Positions 12,318 through 25,351 of a DNA stretch of 64,000 nt are shown here, piece after piece (the first letter of the stretch is position 1; each line of letters begins with the position of its first letter). The notes under the pieces were generated by a model. The model was given only the letters and a program-made list of their open reading frames with translations, ran no database searches and had not been told where the DNA came from. Position numbers and translations under genes: made by a program. Location of the stretch: contig CM119266.1 of NCBI GenBank assembly GCA_051294375.1, positions 19,231,657-19,295,656 of the forward strand, written 5' to 3'. Origin of the DNA: Paraspadella gotoi (taxonomy: Eukaryota; Animalia; Chaetognatha).

Positions 12318-15300
12318 CAGTTTGTCCGCTTTCCCCCCGCATTGTCCTGACGCTTAGGTTCTTCCCGCGCTTCCCATCATTCCATCCATGTGCATGCGAA
12401 TTCGCATGACGTTACCAACGAGACCAATGACCCCGCCAACGACCCCTCCAATGACCCGCGCAGACGACCCCGCCAACGACCCCGCCAAAGACGTCATTGC
12501 AGCAAAAAGCGCGGCGGAAGAAAACAGAAGCCCGAACGTGATAGAGGATTTGTTGGAACCGGCGTTGATTTTGTTGGACGATCGAACGTCGAATATCGAA
12601 GTCGAAAAACGAGAAGAGAATCAAATAACAAAACCGAATCTTCCCCAGCGACTACATCACGAAAAACATCGTCAGAAATCGTCGAACGGATTTCGGCAAA
12701 ACAGAGGCGAAAATGCGATAAATCCGGATGCTGTTTCCGAGTCTCGCTCTGACAACGAAATGGAATTTTCGCGTTCAGAGTCTTCTTTATATTCTCCATC
12801 GTATTCCTCGTCATCATCATCATCTTCCTCTTCTTCGATCAAACATCTTCTTCGGCTTCGAGAGGCGGAACTCTCCTCATCCTCCTCGGGTCGTCTTCCT
12901 CCAGCGCCCAAACTGCCGGCGCCACGAATCCCCGAGACCGCGGCGAATCCGACGCCAACCGACTCGGCCGCCAAATACTTCAGCTACGTGGGCGGTCACG
13001 GGGGTCGTTATCGGGGTCGCTTCGATGACAACTATTTCGATTATACCATAGAAGAGGTTCCTCTACCGGAACTCAACTCCTTGTCCGGATTCGAGACGGA
13101 CTATCCCGACTTTTCGCCAAATCCCATCGACGCCGTCGAATCGGACGTCGGCACAAAGATATCTTCTTTCGATTCGGCCGACCCGAATCCCAGGGCGACC
13201 GGGGAGTTTCAACAAGGATCGCCTCTTTCACAAACGGGTTCCAAGGGCGGGTCGCCCAATATTGAGAGAGGCTTCGACGTTGAGTTGCCAAACTACGTAC
13301 ATCCGGAGCTTACTCTGCCGATCGATCAACCAGGATTCGATTACGAAGACTATTACGATTCTTACTACGACAAAAATTCACATTATTTCACAGGTTATAC
13401 ATGAGAAAAAGATAATTTCGATAAAGTAAAAAAAATTTCATCTGTTTACATTGAAGAGCGTACTTCGGAGAGTACTAGCGGAGCAACTCTATAGCTAAGT
13501 CTCTCTTCGGCTGGTCAGTCTGTCGGTATGTCCGTCTGTTTGGTTTTTTTTGCTTAAAACTTGAGTAATAAACCATAAGATGCTTCTTGTGGATATGTTT
13601 CTCACTTGTGTAGTCACGTGATCATCAGAAAATGCATATGGTCTTTTCATACAATTGAAACATTCTGTGAAATATTATACCAAATCATTTATAGGGAAGC
13701 CAGGTACTCTGGAAGTGAATAAACGAGACTGTGAGAGAGTCTCGATTGAAAGCTTGCAGGGACCTGCTATGTCATTATCTTGTAAGAGTGATGGAGATCT
13801 TAAACCACCAAAGCCTGTCCAAAGTCAGGGGCAAGATAGCTTATTAATTAAATGAATGAATAATTTTTTAATATTTTTATACGAATTCTAGTTCTAGCGG
13901 CGCAACGTTTTGAATTCGTTTATTACATAAATAACTTGTTACATCATATCATTTATGTCATTATAACGAAATAAGTTTAACTCAATAATTCGATAAATGA
14001 ATTAGCATTTAATACGTTTTCGTCCTTCATCCCTTCCGTCTTTCGCATCGCAAGAAGTGGAATCTGACTTTGACGATTTTAGCCCCGAGTCCAACGAGCT
14101 TCCTTTCAAACTCCTCGTGACTCCGACCGACAATTCGGCGTCAATCGACGGGCCTTCGCCAATCGAAGGCGGCCTTGGGATCGACGAGAGCTCCACCGAC
14201 TCTCCAAAGTTTCCCGAAACCGCCGCCACGTCGACGACTTTCGCCGCAACGACACCGCCTCCGCCGCCATTGCCGCATCCGCCCGGTCGCGGAATCGTCG
14301 GCAAAAGTAACAACGACGACGACGACGTTGAATTCGACAATGAAGACGACGTAGATGTCGCTTCGAAGTTAAAGCCACCCGCGGTTATCCAACCTGGAAA
14401 CGAAGAGGAACAAATCATCGACGGTAAAACCGAAATAAAAACTTCTGCGTTTTAAAAAGGAAAGAAAACAAGTGTCGTCTGCTTACTAAATAAAACAAAA
14501 CAATAAACGTTCGTGAAGTGAAGTCGTAGCAAGAAGATGTGACTCCGAATTCACCCGCCTTTTTTTTTTGTTTCACCACTAATTTCATTTTTTCACTCGT
14601 TGCTTTGACCATTGATGGCATTAATGGATAATTAACTCCGGTGTTCCTCCTATTAACTATGACATCTTCTTTTATCTTTCGCTGTTTTAGATTAATTTTT
14701 TTCCCTTTCAAATGCAGAGATGAATGCTTAATTTGCTAAATGTCAAACGCTAATACAAAATCCGTGATTGCGCTTTTTAGACGCAGAATTTTAATTTAAT
14801 TCTCCTTTCTTTTCAAATTGTTTTATACTAAAGTGACTTGCCGTGATTGTGACTAAATAATAACTGGAGATAATAACAAAGCTATAGATCGTTGGAATAC
14901 AGTCGTTTTAACACATGAACAATAAAAACAAATATTTTCTACAAAATAATTTCTTTCCCTAACGCGGATCTTTTGTCGATTATTTGAGTCATGTGATACC
15001 AACCTAATTTTATTTTTAATATCTATAACTGAATTATCGGATTTTGGCCATGTAAGTGATGTTATCATCACTGATAGAACGATTAGAACTTAAAAACGGC
15101 TTTTTTGATACCCTTTTCGATTGTGCGTAGAATTAGCCAAATATGTAAGATATCTTTATATTAAGAAAAGCTTCTATGATATAGAAATGACATCGGCTTA
15201 ATTTTGTTTTTTTAGGAGGATCTACTCAACGTTTATCCAATTCAATTCCTGATCCCGAATATGGAAGATACGACGCTAACATACCAGATCCTCGGGGCCG

Positions 15301-18300
15301 GTATCCTCAGCCCGATCCCCGCGGGTCTTACCCTCAGCCCGATTCCAGGGGGCCTTACCCTCAGCCCGATCGCCAGGAGCCATACCCACTTCCAGATCAG
15401 AACGGATATCCCTCACCAGGTAATAAGACAGTGTCGACGATAGCGTGGATAAATTGATGAATTACAACAAAAATTTTGCGTTGTTAAATAGAAGTAAAGA
15501 GGTATTTTTGCCCCCCCAATTTGCAGTTTAAAACTATACGTAAAATCAATCTAAAATCAAATGTAGATTTTTAGAATTTTACTCAAAAATTTTACATTAT
15601 TTCACATCAGTTTAAAAAGTAATTACATCGATATAGGAATCAGATGAGTAATCGCGAGCAGCCCTTAATTTCATAGTTTTTATTTTCGACGACCGGGATT
15701 CGTTTTTTTTAGACAAAGGAGTTGCAGCCGGCGTCGCACCTCCCTGCAAGGACTGTAGCATTGACATTGACCTCGGAAACGGTGATTTCTTTTGGATGCT
15801 CATTCCATCTCGTTCCCAATATCACAGACAATTCGAGTGGCAGTTTTGTCACCGACATCGTGATGCCAATGATGTCGGTGATAGTCGGCGCTAAAAACTA
15901 TTTAGAAATTTCTCGATTAACCATTTGTAGCCGACAATCCTCTCCGCTTTCGATCCCATGGCATTTCCCTTAACAAGTCGAACCTTTTAACTCGTTTTAA
16001 CTCCGTGAAAGTGATTCACTAATGATGCATGACGTTCTCTTCGTTGGTCCTCACAGTTTTTCATCGCGAGCGACGATGGAACCGACTTCTTCGTCGTCTT
16101 GCAATTGATTCTTGTCGTGAGACGAAAACTCATTTAGCATTTTTGACAATTCACAACTGATTGAGTTGAAACCTTATTTGATTATTATGACGATCTGGAT
16201 TAAGAGCTTCAGTTATTTTAATAACTTTACAGCTAAATATTTTATTCACTTGTTTGTCTACCAATTTCGGCCTTATTTTTCCAGAACGCCCCATTTCATC
16301 TTAAACGCGGAATTAGGTTAATCTTTTAATAAAATATTAGGTTGGAGGTTAGGTTTAAGGATTAGGTTAAGCATTAACGTTAAAGATTAGATTATAAATA
16401 ATGGATTAGGGTTTAAGGTTAGGGTTCAAAATTAGGTAAGGGTTATAGATTAAAGTTAATTCAGGTTAAGGATTAGATTATGGTTTTTAGAATATATTTA
16501 TTTTAAATATAAAAGTGTCAAATTGAATTACGGGATAAAGGAACAGATATGAGGCGCTTTTGGAAAAGAGAGCCTAAATTTTCTGATACTTTTAGTTGGA
16601 TAATTGTATGTCGGTACTTTGTACAGATTGATTGGTGACTCAATGAATTCGTTTTTATTTTAAACCAGGAGGAAGTAGTAGAGCTCAGGATCCTCGAGGA
16701 ACTCGATTGACCTCCTCTAGATGGACTTATGGAGGGGATCTACATCGAAGGGGTACAACATTTTGTCTCTTGTCAAACTGAGCCTATTCGCTTGTGTGGC
16801 TGCTGCATATTTGCTGCGATGCTACCGATATTGTTGCTTAACATTCGCTTCACAATAATACTTTATTTTTCGTTATATTTTATTTGCGGCGTATCTCTCG
16901 CTATTTCGGGAATTTGAAGCATATTGTCTTTCAACAGATGGCACGGACATTAGTTATACAATAATTATTCAAGCTTTTTTTTTTTGGTGAAACGGATACA
17001 TAATATATATCGAATAGCCGTATCTTTTATATAATTATAATAATGTATATGTAGATGAAAGTAAACTAACTAGTCTAAACCAAGTCTAAACAATAAATAA
17101 TAAACAAAATCATCAAATTTCCGTTTGAAGTTCATAGCATATAATTACAGTTTGTTTGTTTTTTTTTCAACTCACATTCATTTTTATTTGTTTAGTGGCC
17201 ATGTATATTAGGTGCAAGCTCATAGTTTAAAATAGCAGTAAAGTCTGAAGCGATGACCGTCCTACAGATCTATAAAAAAAAAATTTTAACGTAATAATTT
17301 CATACTCACAAACTACTTGGTGTTTCAACAACAGGGTCCTGTAATGTTAGTTTAAATCTTAATCTGCAATCTTTTTAAAATAAAACTAAATATAGTGCCG
17401 CAGAAGTTTTTAGAGTTCACCACGCCTCTCGTCCGGCTTTCATTCCCATTGGCGCTGGAGGCAGATCGAGCTCCACCCAATCTCAAGTTTCTCGATATGC
17501 CTTTGGAATCAGGAAATGGCCAGATGGGCCGCGAGGACGCTTGTTCTCAGCATCTTGTGCAACGTACGGCATCGTGTTTCACAATGATACAAAAATTATA
17601 ACAACCCTAGAAATTTTCAAATGGCGTTCGCGTTGATGATAGTCCTTCCAACTCCTTCTGCGGGTACAATGAAATATATATAATAATATAATAAATATAT
17701 ATTTATATATTTATCTTTATACAATTATATATTAAATATAATAATTATATAATATGTAATAATAATATGTATTGTATTTTTGATAAAAGAAAAAAAATGA
17801 GTTCAACAATAAAATTAAATAAATATGAATAAATTTGAAAATAAAATTGAATAGTCAATTGTTCATCAAACGGGCTATGTGATTTGTTTTGGTTAGTGAA
17901 GATTACTAGCGACTGAACTACAGTAAATTTACTTTGTACTCCTCGTCGTGGTTTTGGTTATTTGATTTTTTTTTATCTTCTTAGATACAATTAATTTATT
18001 TATCTTAATTATGATCATTAACATCCTCATTTCTAACCGATAAAGTGGCAAGAGATACATTATTAATTATTTTTGACAAATGGTAAAGTGATTTACAGGA
18101 CCCTGTTTAAAACACAGACATGTTTTTTCGTTCACGTAGATAACACAGTTTAGAAAAGATAACACTTTTATTAAGCATTCATTTCATTTCGAATAATAGA
18201 AAGGAATGAAATCCAGTTTTCACCCAAGTCTCATTTAGAATCGTTGAATTAGAAACGGACTCCAACAAACCTTAGTTGCTCCATTGTTTAAATTCATATT

Positions 18301-21300
18301 TTCCGTCGTTGCTCTTTTGCTCCCAGTTCCGCCTGGTGGCGTCATCCAACATGAATATCGCCCATATGTCGTTTTGGGTAAAATTCGAACAAAAACAAAA
18401 ACCAAAAAGAACATTAATACAACTTTATCTTAGAATTGCTTTCTTATTTGACATCATTATACTCTGCCGTGTTGATATTTTTATTTTAATATTTAATTTC
18501 AGTGTGTCCTAAGTTGATACGTATAGGCTTTTTTTACCGACGCTTGCTTCGAATCGTAGTTGCATCCCTTAGCTGAAAGGTTCCTCCCATGCGCCGTTAA
18601 TGTTTCTCTTTAAACCTTTACATGATTTTTTTTTCTTATTTTAAAAATCAGAAAGCCGTCGTTTTATTTTTTTTTTTTTAAGTGAAAAAAAAAATAAGAC
18701 TCTAATTTATAGAAAACAATATTCGTTGTTATTTTGTGATAGTCTCTTTTATCGTCCGCGTGCATGCAGTGATCATCATATCATCATAATGATCATTTTA
18801 AATAGAAACGCTTTTTTTTTCGTTTCCGCCTCCCGAAAGCCGAAAACGTTCGTCGAAGATTTTTCTCCATGATTTTACAGAAATGTTTTAATTTCAAATC
18901 CACCAGCATTGCGACATGGAAATTAAAAAAAAAATAAACACATATTCCTCTCACAAAAACGCTTTTAGCATTAACCGTTAATATGTCATTCATAAGATTT
19001 CACTCTTGACGAGAAATAAAAATGGTTTTTATTAACTTTGATTTCAGGCAGCAGCGGGCAACCCTCTCCGTGTCAGGAGAGCAGTTGCTATCCGGCCACG
19101 GGCGATCTTCTCATTGGACGACAGGATAAGTTATCAGCTTCGTCCACCTGCGGACTTCAAGGTGAGTCAAAGTCTCTCTGCAACAGATTCAAAGTATGAG
19201 TAATTATAATTAGGCATAATGGGACTAGCCAAGTTTTCTTACAAGAAAATTTAAAATATTATTAACTGAATAAAAATTTAGATTTTTTTTTTAGTCAATT
19301 TTATTTGTCATTATTCATTTGTGGCTCTACCCTGGCCCTCTTTGTTGCCCTCGCCTCTCTGTATTCCATGTCTTCTCACCATACATTTTCTGATGCGGTA
19401 TAGTTTGATTTATGAAATAACAATATGTATATTAATATCCCCTATTTTCTTGTCCTTGTCCTGAAGGACCAACGCGCTACTGCATCGTCTCCCATCTCGA
19501 GGACGAGAAAAAATGTTTCATGTGCGACTCTCGGCGCCCGTTTCAGATGAGCGCCAACGAGGAAAGTCACAACATTGAAAACGTCGTTTCCACTTTTAAC
19601 AACAGGAGGTCAGTTGTGGGCCACTCATTGTTTACTCTTTTCAACTTTAATGATTTGAATAATTACAAAATAAGGAGTATAGTATAGTATTCCACGATCT
19701 AATACTTAAGGGAGTGGTCCTATTTTACCTCTTTTACAATCGCAACATTCCTTGAAAGTTGAAACAAAGCTTTATCAATAAGGGAGCCATGTACTGGGAG
19801 TGAACAGACTAGACTGTGAGAAAGTCTTGATTGAAAGCTTGCAGTGTCCAGCTACGTTATAATTTGTTAGAAGGAGAGAGGCCTTAACTCACCATAGCCT
19901 AAGGGGCATGATATCTAATTTTAGAAAAATAAATGAATGAATAATTTTAATATTGGCTGTAGCAATTCCATCGCTTTACAAGATCGGTTCATCCAATGTG
20001 TTGCGCCGCAGTGACTTTATTTTGACGTTTATTTCTCTTGATATGACATGACGTGACATGACATGACTACAAGAACTTTCTTCGCTGTGTATTTATGATA
20101 CGCACTTTTATTCTTTATAGTTTTAGGATTTCCTAAAGGTGGCGCTAGCAGTCCCTTAGATTTGAGTTTTTTTTTTTCAGTCTTAACAAATGAGCAAATG
20201 AGCAAATGAGCAAGCAAGCAAGTAGGCGAATTATATGTATTTTTAACGTAAGTGGGACAGACCGACGGGCAGACATACCGACCAACAGACCGACCGAAAA
20301 GTGACTTATAGTGTTGCTCCAAGCAGAGGCAAATCAATCCGATCTGCTCTTTTTTTCAGAAAATCCTGGTGGCAATCGGAAAACGGGAAGGAGTTCGTCT
20401 CGCTGCGTTTGGACCTCGAGGCCGAGTTTCACTTTACTCACCTCATTATGACTTTTAAGACTTTTCGTCCCGCCGCCTTCCTCATCGAAAGATCATACGA
20501 TCACGGACAAACTTGGAAGATCTACAGATACTTCGCCTACAGCTGCTACGACTCTTTTCCCAGTATGTCTTTGTTCAATCGGTTGATTAACGAGATTGTT
20601 CAATGTTAAGAAAACCTGTTCAATGTTACATTATGAGAAACGTAACATATCTCTAACAAGATCGAATGAATTGCGGACAATTTAATGGCAAAAAGACGGT
20701 AAAATGAGAGAAACTTTTAAAAAAATTGAGCCATAAAAAATATACAGGGAAATCTTGCTCTTTTAGAAAGTATGAGAAAATTGGTTTAAAAGGTAAGAAT
20801 TAATATTTTTTTTTTAAATTCAGGATGAAACTAAAAAAACGAGATGTGATAAAAAATTAATAATTTCTACATGATTGAATTTCTTTAGGCGGCCAATATG
20901 TTTAGTTGTTTACCGATTGAAAGCTAAGATCAAGAAAATTTCGAAAATGTTTTTCATTTTATTCGAAGTTTAACAGTTTAACAGTTCTAAGTTACTTGTA
21001 AATCAATAACAATCAATAACAGTAACGCAAACGAATTTCATTTATCATATAATTAATAAATAAATAAATTTAAACAACAAACAATGCCAATTAATTTATA
21101 ATATCGTCGAACAAAATGCTATCGTCAGCATTGTCTAGTCTTACAGGGGTGGCACCCTATATCGAGACAAAACTTAACGTCCTGCCCTGTCTGAACGATT
21201 TGAGATACAATAATAAAATGGGTGGAAAAAGTTTTTTCTGGGTTTTTGATTTATATACACTGAAACAAAATAATTTTTTAAGTCACTGCAAGGCGTTGTG

Positions 21301-24300
21301 GATGTTTTCAAAACATTTAGTCGTTTTTATGCTTGCGCATTGTATTGCATACGATGAAAGCCATATTTGTTAATATTTTTATTGGTTGTTTCGGAATGTC
21401 TTATCTTCAATTAACCTGATTTAAAGCTTTTCATTACTATCCTAATTAAACCTATTGAATTTTTTTTGAGGTAAGTAAAACAAAATTTTAAAAAGATTAT
21501 AATGAATATGCTTAAATTGTCAAATACTTTATATATTTCTTACCTTTTTGACACCTTTATTATGCATTCAGAAATTTTACATAATTCATTTAATTATCTG
21601 ACAATATCGTTAATAAATATTTTTATAAAAGTAAGTTTTAATAAAAATTAAACCATAACAGTAACTTACCTGAACCTTACCTGCTTACTGAGCAGTTGCC
21701 TTTGCTTCATTAAAAAAAGCATATTATCAAAGAATTTCAACACAATTAATGTATTGTCTAAAAGCTAAGAGAGAGTATTATACGAATATTTATTCAGATT
21801 TGAAAAATCATTAAGAGCTAAGAGTAATGATTTTTTAAAATTTTGTCTCGATATATGGTCCCACCCCTGTATTTCGAGAAAATTTTACCGACAAAAGTTC
21901 TATCAATCTTTAAGTTGGATGGCAAAGATATTTTCTTTTAATCAACGAGAACAAACATTGGGAAGGACGGGAAACATTAATCGTATTTTTATCTGATTAA
22001 TGGCGTAGACTTGATGTATTGCCAGATTGAGAAAACAAAGATTCACATAATAAAACTCGCTTTATATTTCAAACCCGACGCTTTCTAAAACGACTTTAAT
22101 TCTTTTTTCGCTCTCTCGAATTAAAATAATTACAATAATAATAATAATAAAGGGTTAAATTTGACATTAACAAAGTAGAATTTTGGCTTCTTTTCAACCA
22201 ACGCTAAACCACCCCTAACCCTAGCCCCCCCCCACCCCACCTAAACCCTAGTCGGTGAATATAAAATTAAGCCAATAAGGATATTCTACTAATTTTAACA
22301 ATTTTCCAACACCCCCTTTGTCTCAACAGACATCCCCACGGGACCGCAACGGTCGATCGGCGAAGTTGTCTGCGAGTCTCGCTACTCTGACGTCGCTCCA
22401 TCTACCGACGGCGAAGTCATCTTCAGAGTTTTGAGTCCGAATATCGAAATCGATGACCCATACGCCGAAAACGTCCAAGGTCACTTTCCATTTTTATTTT
22501 AACGTTTTGGATTGTTTTTTTTTAAGAATGTTTTATTTCTGTTCTTTTATCTCGAAATTTAATTTTAATTTTAATATTTTAAACTTTTAATTTAATGCTT
22601 AATCATTCTAATCCTCAACTCTAACTTAACTCTTATCCTAAATTTTTACCCCTAACCTCTGACCATAAACCTTGGTCCTTAATCTAAATTCTGAATTTAA
22701 AAAAGTTAGCCTAAATCCCAATATAAAATGAAATGGGCCGTTCTGGGAAAATAACGCCCTACAATTCTGCAAAACCAGAATTACTGCGAATGACGAACTT
22801 GCGCATCAACTTCACAAAACTGCACACACTTGGCGACGATCTGTTGGACGCGAGGGCAGAAATCGATGAGAAGTACTATTACGCTGTGTACGATATGGTT
22901 GTCCGAGGGTCGTGCTCGTGTTACGGGCATGCGTCCAGATGCATACCCTTGGAGGATCAGCAAGTTCACAGGAGAGACATGGTGAGTGGGATGGTGAGTG
23001 GGAGAAAAAGTGGTACAAGATTTTAAAAGAAAATGAAAATTATAATCATTGAATATTTGCTTTTCTTAATTTTTTTTTTTTTGTACTTTGTGCCGCAAAA
23101 TAGGCTTTTAGTTTTAATGTTTGAAACAGCCAAAGTGACAAAAGTTTTTTTGAAAGCTGAAAGTCCATTGGCGTTAAACTAACTCTTTATTTCTCCTTCA
23201 AAACGCTTTGTATTCCCACCTCATCCAACGCATGCAGCCGGAGCAGCATCATCTTCGTAAAGTAATCCCAACATCTACATACCGTCACAACCTTACTCGC
23301 TAGTCAATAAAAAACGTCTTAAAAATAGAATATACAAATTTGTGGTTTTCCAATTGACTCTTTAAAAGACCAAGTGTTTAATACTTATAACCGGTTTTAA
23401 AATAACATCGGAAAAAAGGGGAAATATCCGCTCGTCTCAAATTATTTGTAATTCTTTTTTCCAAGAACTTCAAATACATTGGAGACATTTTGTTTGGACA
23501 CTACCAAAAGGCCTAGACGTATGGTTTCGCACAGCTGTCGCACTAGAACTCTTTTCACTTAATAAGCAAAACTTTAGTCAGTCTCTTCCTTGCTGTTTTA
23601 TCTCGTCGACTGTCGTGCATGAATGTCCCGTCTCCTAGTTAAATAAGCTTTCAACGAAACATTGTTTTAACTTTAAATTTTTTCTCTGTCGCCCTCTTAG
23701 GTTTACGGAAAGTGCGATTGTCAACACAACACGAAAGGACTCAACTGTGACGAATGCGAAGACTTCTACAATGACCTACCGTGGAGACCGGCGATCGGAA
23801 GCCTCACTCATGCGTGTCAACGATGCGAGTGCAACGGACACGCCACGCGATGCCACTTCGATCTGGCGGTGAGAATGACCAAGTTTTTTTTTGGGGGGGG
23901 GAGATTTTATTCGATAAAGGAGCTGAACAATTGAACATTGTCGTTCCAGAAATAAGGAAGTAACCAAATTTCCGTTTTCAGGTGTACGTGGCTTCTGGCA
24001 ACGTATCGGGCGGCGTCTGTGACGATTGCGCTCACAACACGATGGGTCGTAATTGTCAAGAATGTCGACCGGGTTTTTTCCAACAAGAGGGAAGGGCGGT
24101 GCGTGACCCAAACGTCTGCCAACCCTGCGACTGTGATCCCGTCGGATCGGAGAACAACGGAGAATGTGAGAGTCGCACCGATCCCGCGAACAACCTCGTC
24201 GCTGGCAGGTTTGATGTACTTTTGTTTTGTACTTTTTTCTAATAATAATAATTGTAAAAATAATAATGATAATAATCTTTTTTTTTTGTTTCTTCGTTTT

Positions 24301-25320
24301 TTTTTTCAATAATGATTATAATAAAACTGAACTCGTTGGTTTCCAGGTGCATCTGCCGGAGAAATGTCGACGGACGGCGGTGCGACAGATGCAAGGCCGG
24401 ATTCTGGAATCGCAATGTGAACAACCCGGAAGGATGTGAAAGATGCGGATGCAATACGCTCGGTACCGTCAATAACCGCGGCTGCGACGAAATCACGGGA
24501 GAATGCACTTGCAAGCGATTCGTCGTCGGTCGCAGCTGCGATCAATGTCAGGTTAGGTTACATTTGGTTAGGATAGGGTTAGGGTAGGGTTTCAGGAAGA
24601 ATATAAAGCAATTAGTCTTCGTTAATTGCCTTTTCAGCCGTAGTTAATGAATGCCGTGGTTTTTCCCGTACACGCTTCAAAGTTTTTTTTAGCAGTTTAA
24701 AAAAAAATGATGGATATCGCAATTTCTCGAAGTACTTTTTTTTTTCTATGTTTCTTAGTCTTCTTTCTTTATTTTAGACAGTCAAGGTCTTTGCCATTCC
24801 TGTTATTCCAAAGGCGCCAATTTCAATGATATTCGGATTTTGTCGGTTTTCTTGGGTCGCAGTTGTTTTTGTTTTTTTCCTTCGAGGAAATACTCTAAAA
24901 CATTTATCATAGACAAACCTGGCATCCCCTTTATCTTCACAAAAATGAACAGAGCTCATTGAACAATAAACATAATACTTATGTTTATACACACATTTAA
25001 TTCTGCAAATATTACTGAAGCTATGAATACTTTTTTCTCTTTTTTTTTTTTTTTTGCAGCCAAATTTCTACGGTTTAAGCGACAGCGAGGAGGGATGCAA
25101 ACCCTGCGAATGTGACTCAGGTTTGTTTTTTTAAATTTTTTTGTGAAAATATCACTTTATTGCCAATCTCTATATCCGGATTAATAATAATAATAATAAT
25201 AGTAATAATAATAATAATAATAATAAAATAGTAATAATTTTTGTCTGGTTTAAACACAACAACGTTATAGACTTTGCATCTGAGCCTTTTTGACTGTTAT
25301 TATTATTATTATTTTTATTA

Positions 25321-25351
<31 letters not shown>

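Noticed and set aside
13030-13075. Hirudin-like thrombin exosite motif ([15 protein letters not shown] versus DFEEIPEEYL)
   Set aside because: Similarity is only a few acidic and hydrophobic residues in low-complexity sequence, so it cannot be supported as homology.
12412-14418. Long minus-strand ORFs opposite the extension exons (for example 12672-12974, 14002-14418)
   Set aside because: Antisense shadows of GC-rich coding exons. Splice signals and phase continuity support the plus strand.
15285-15400. CRISPR-like or regulatory direct repeats (CCTCAGCCCGAT)
   Set aside because: 24-nt period with no unique spacers, eukaryotic context, and in-frame coding repeats within an exon.
22733-23026. 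Truncated LN-only (LaNt/netrin-like) isoform by intron read-through
   Set aside because: The short read-through to a stop after a strong GTGAGT donor is expected by chance. No evidence without transcripts.
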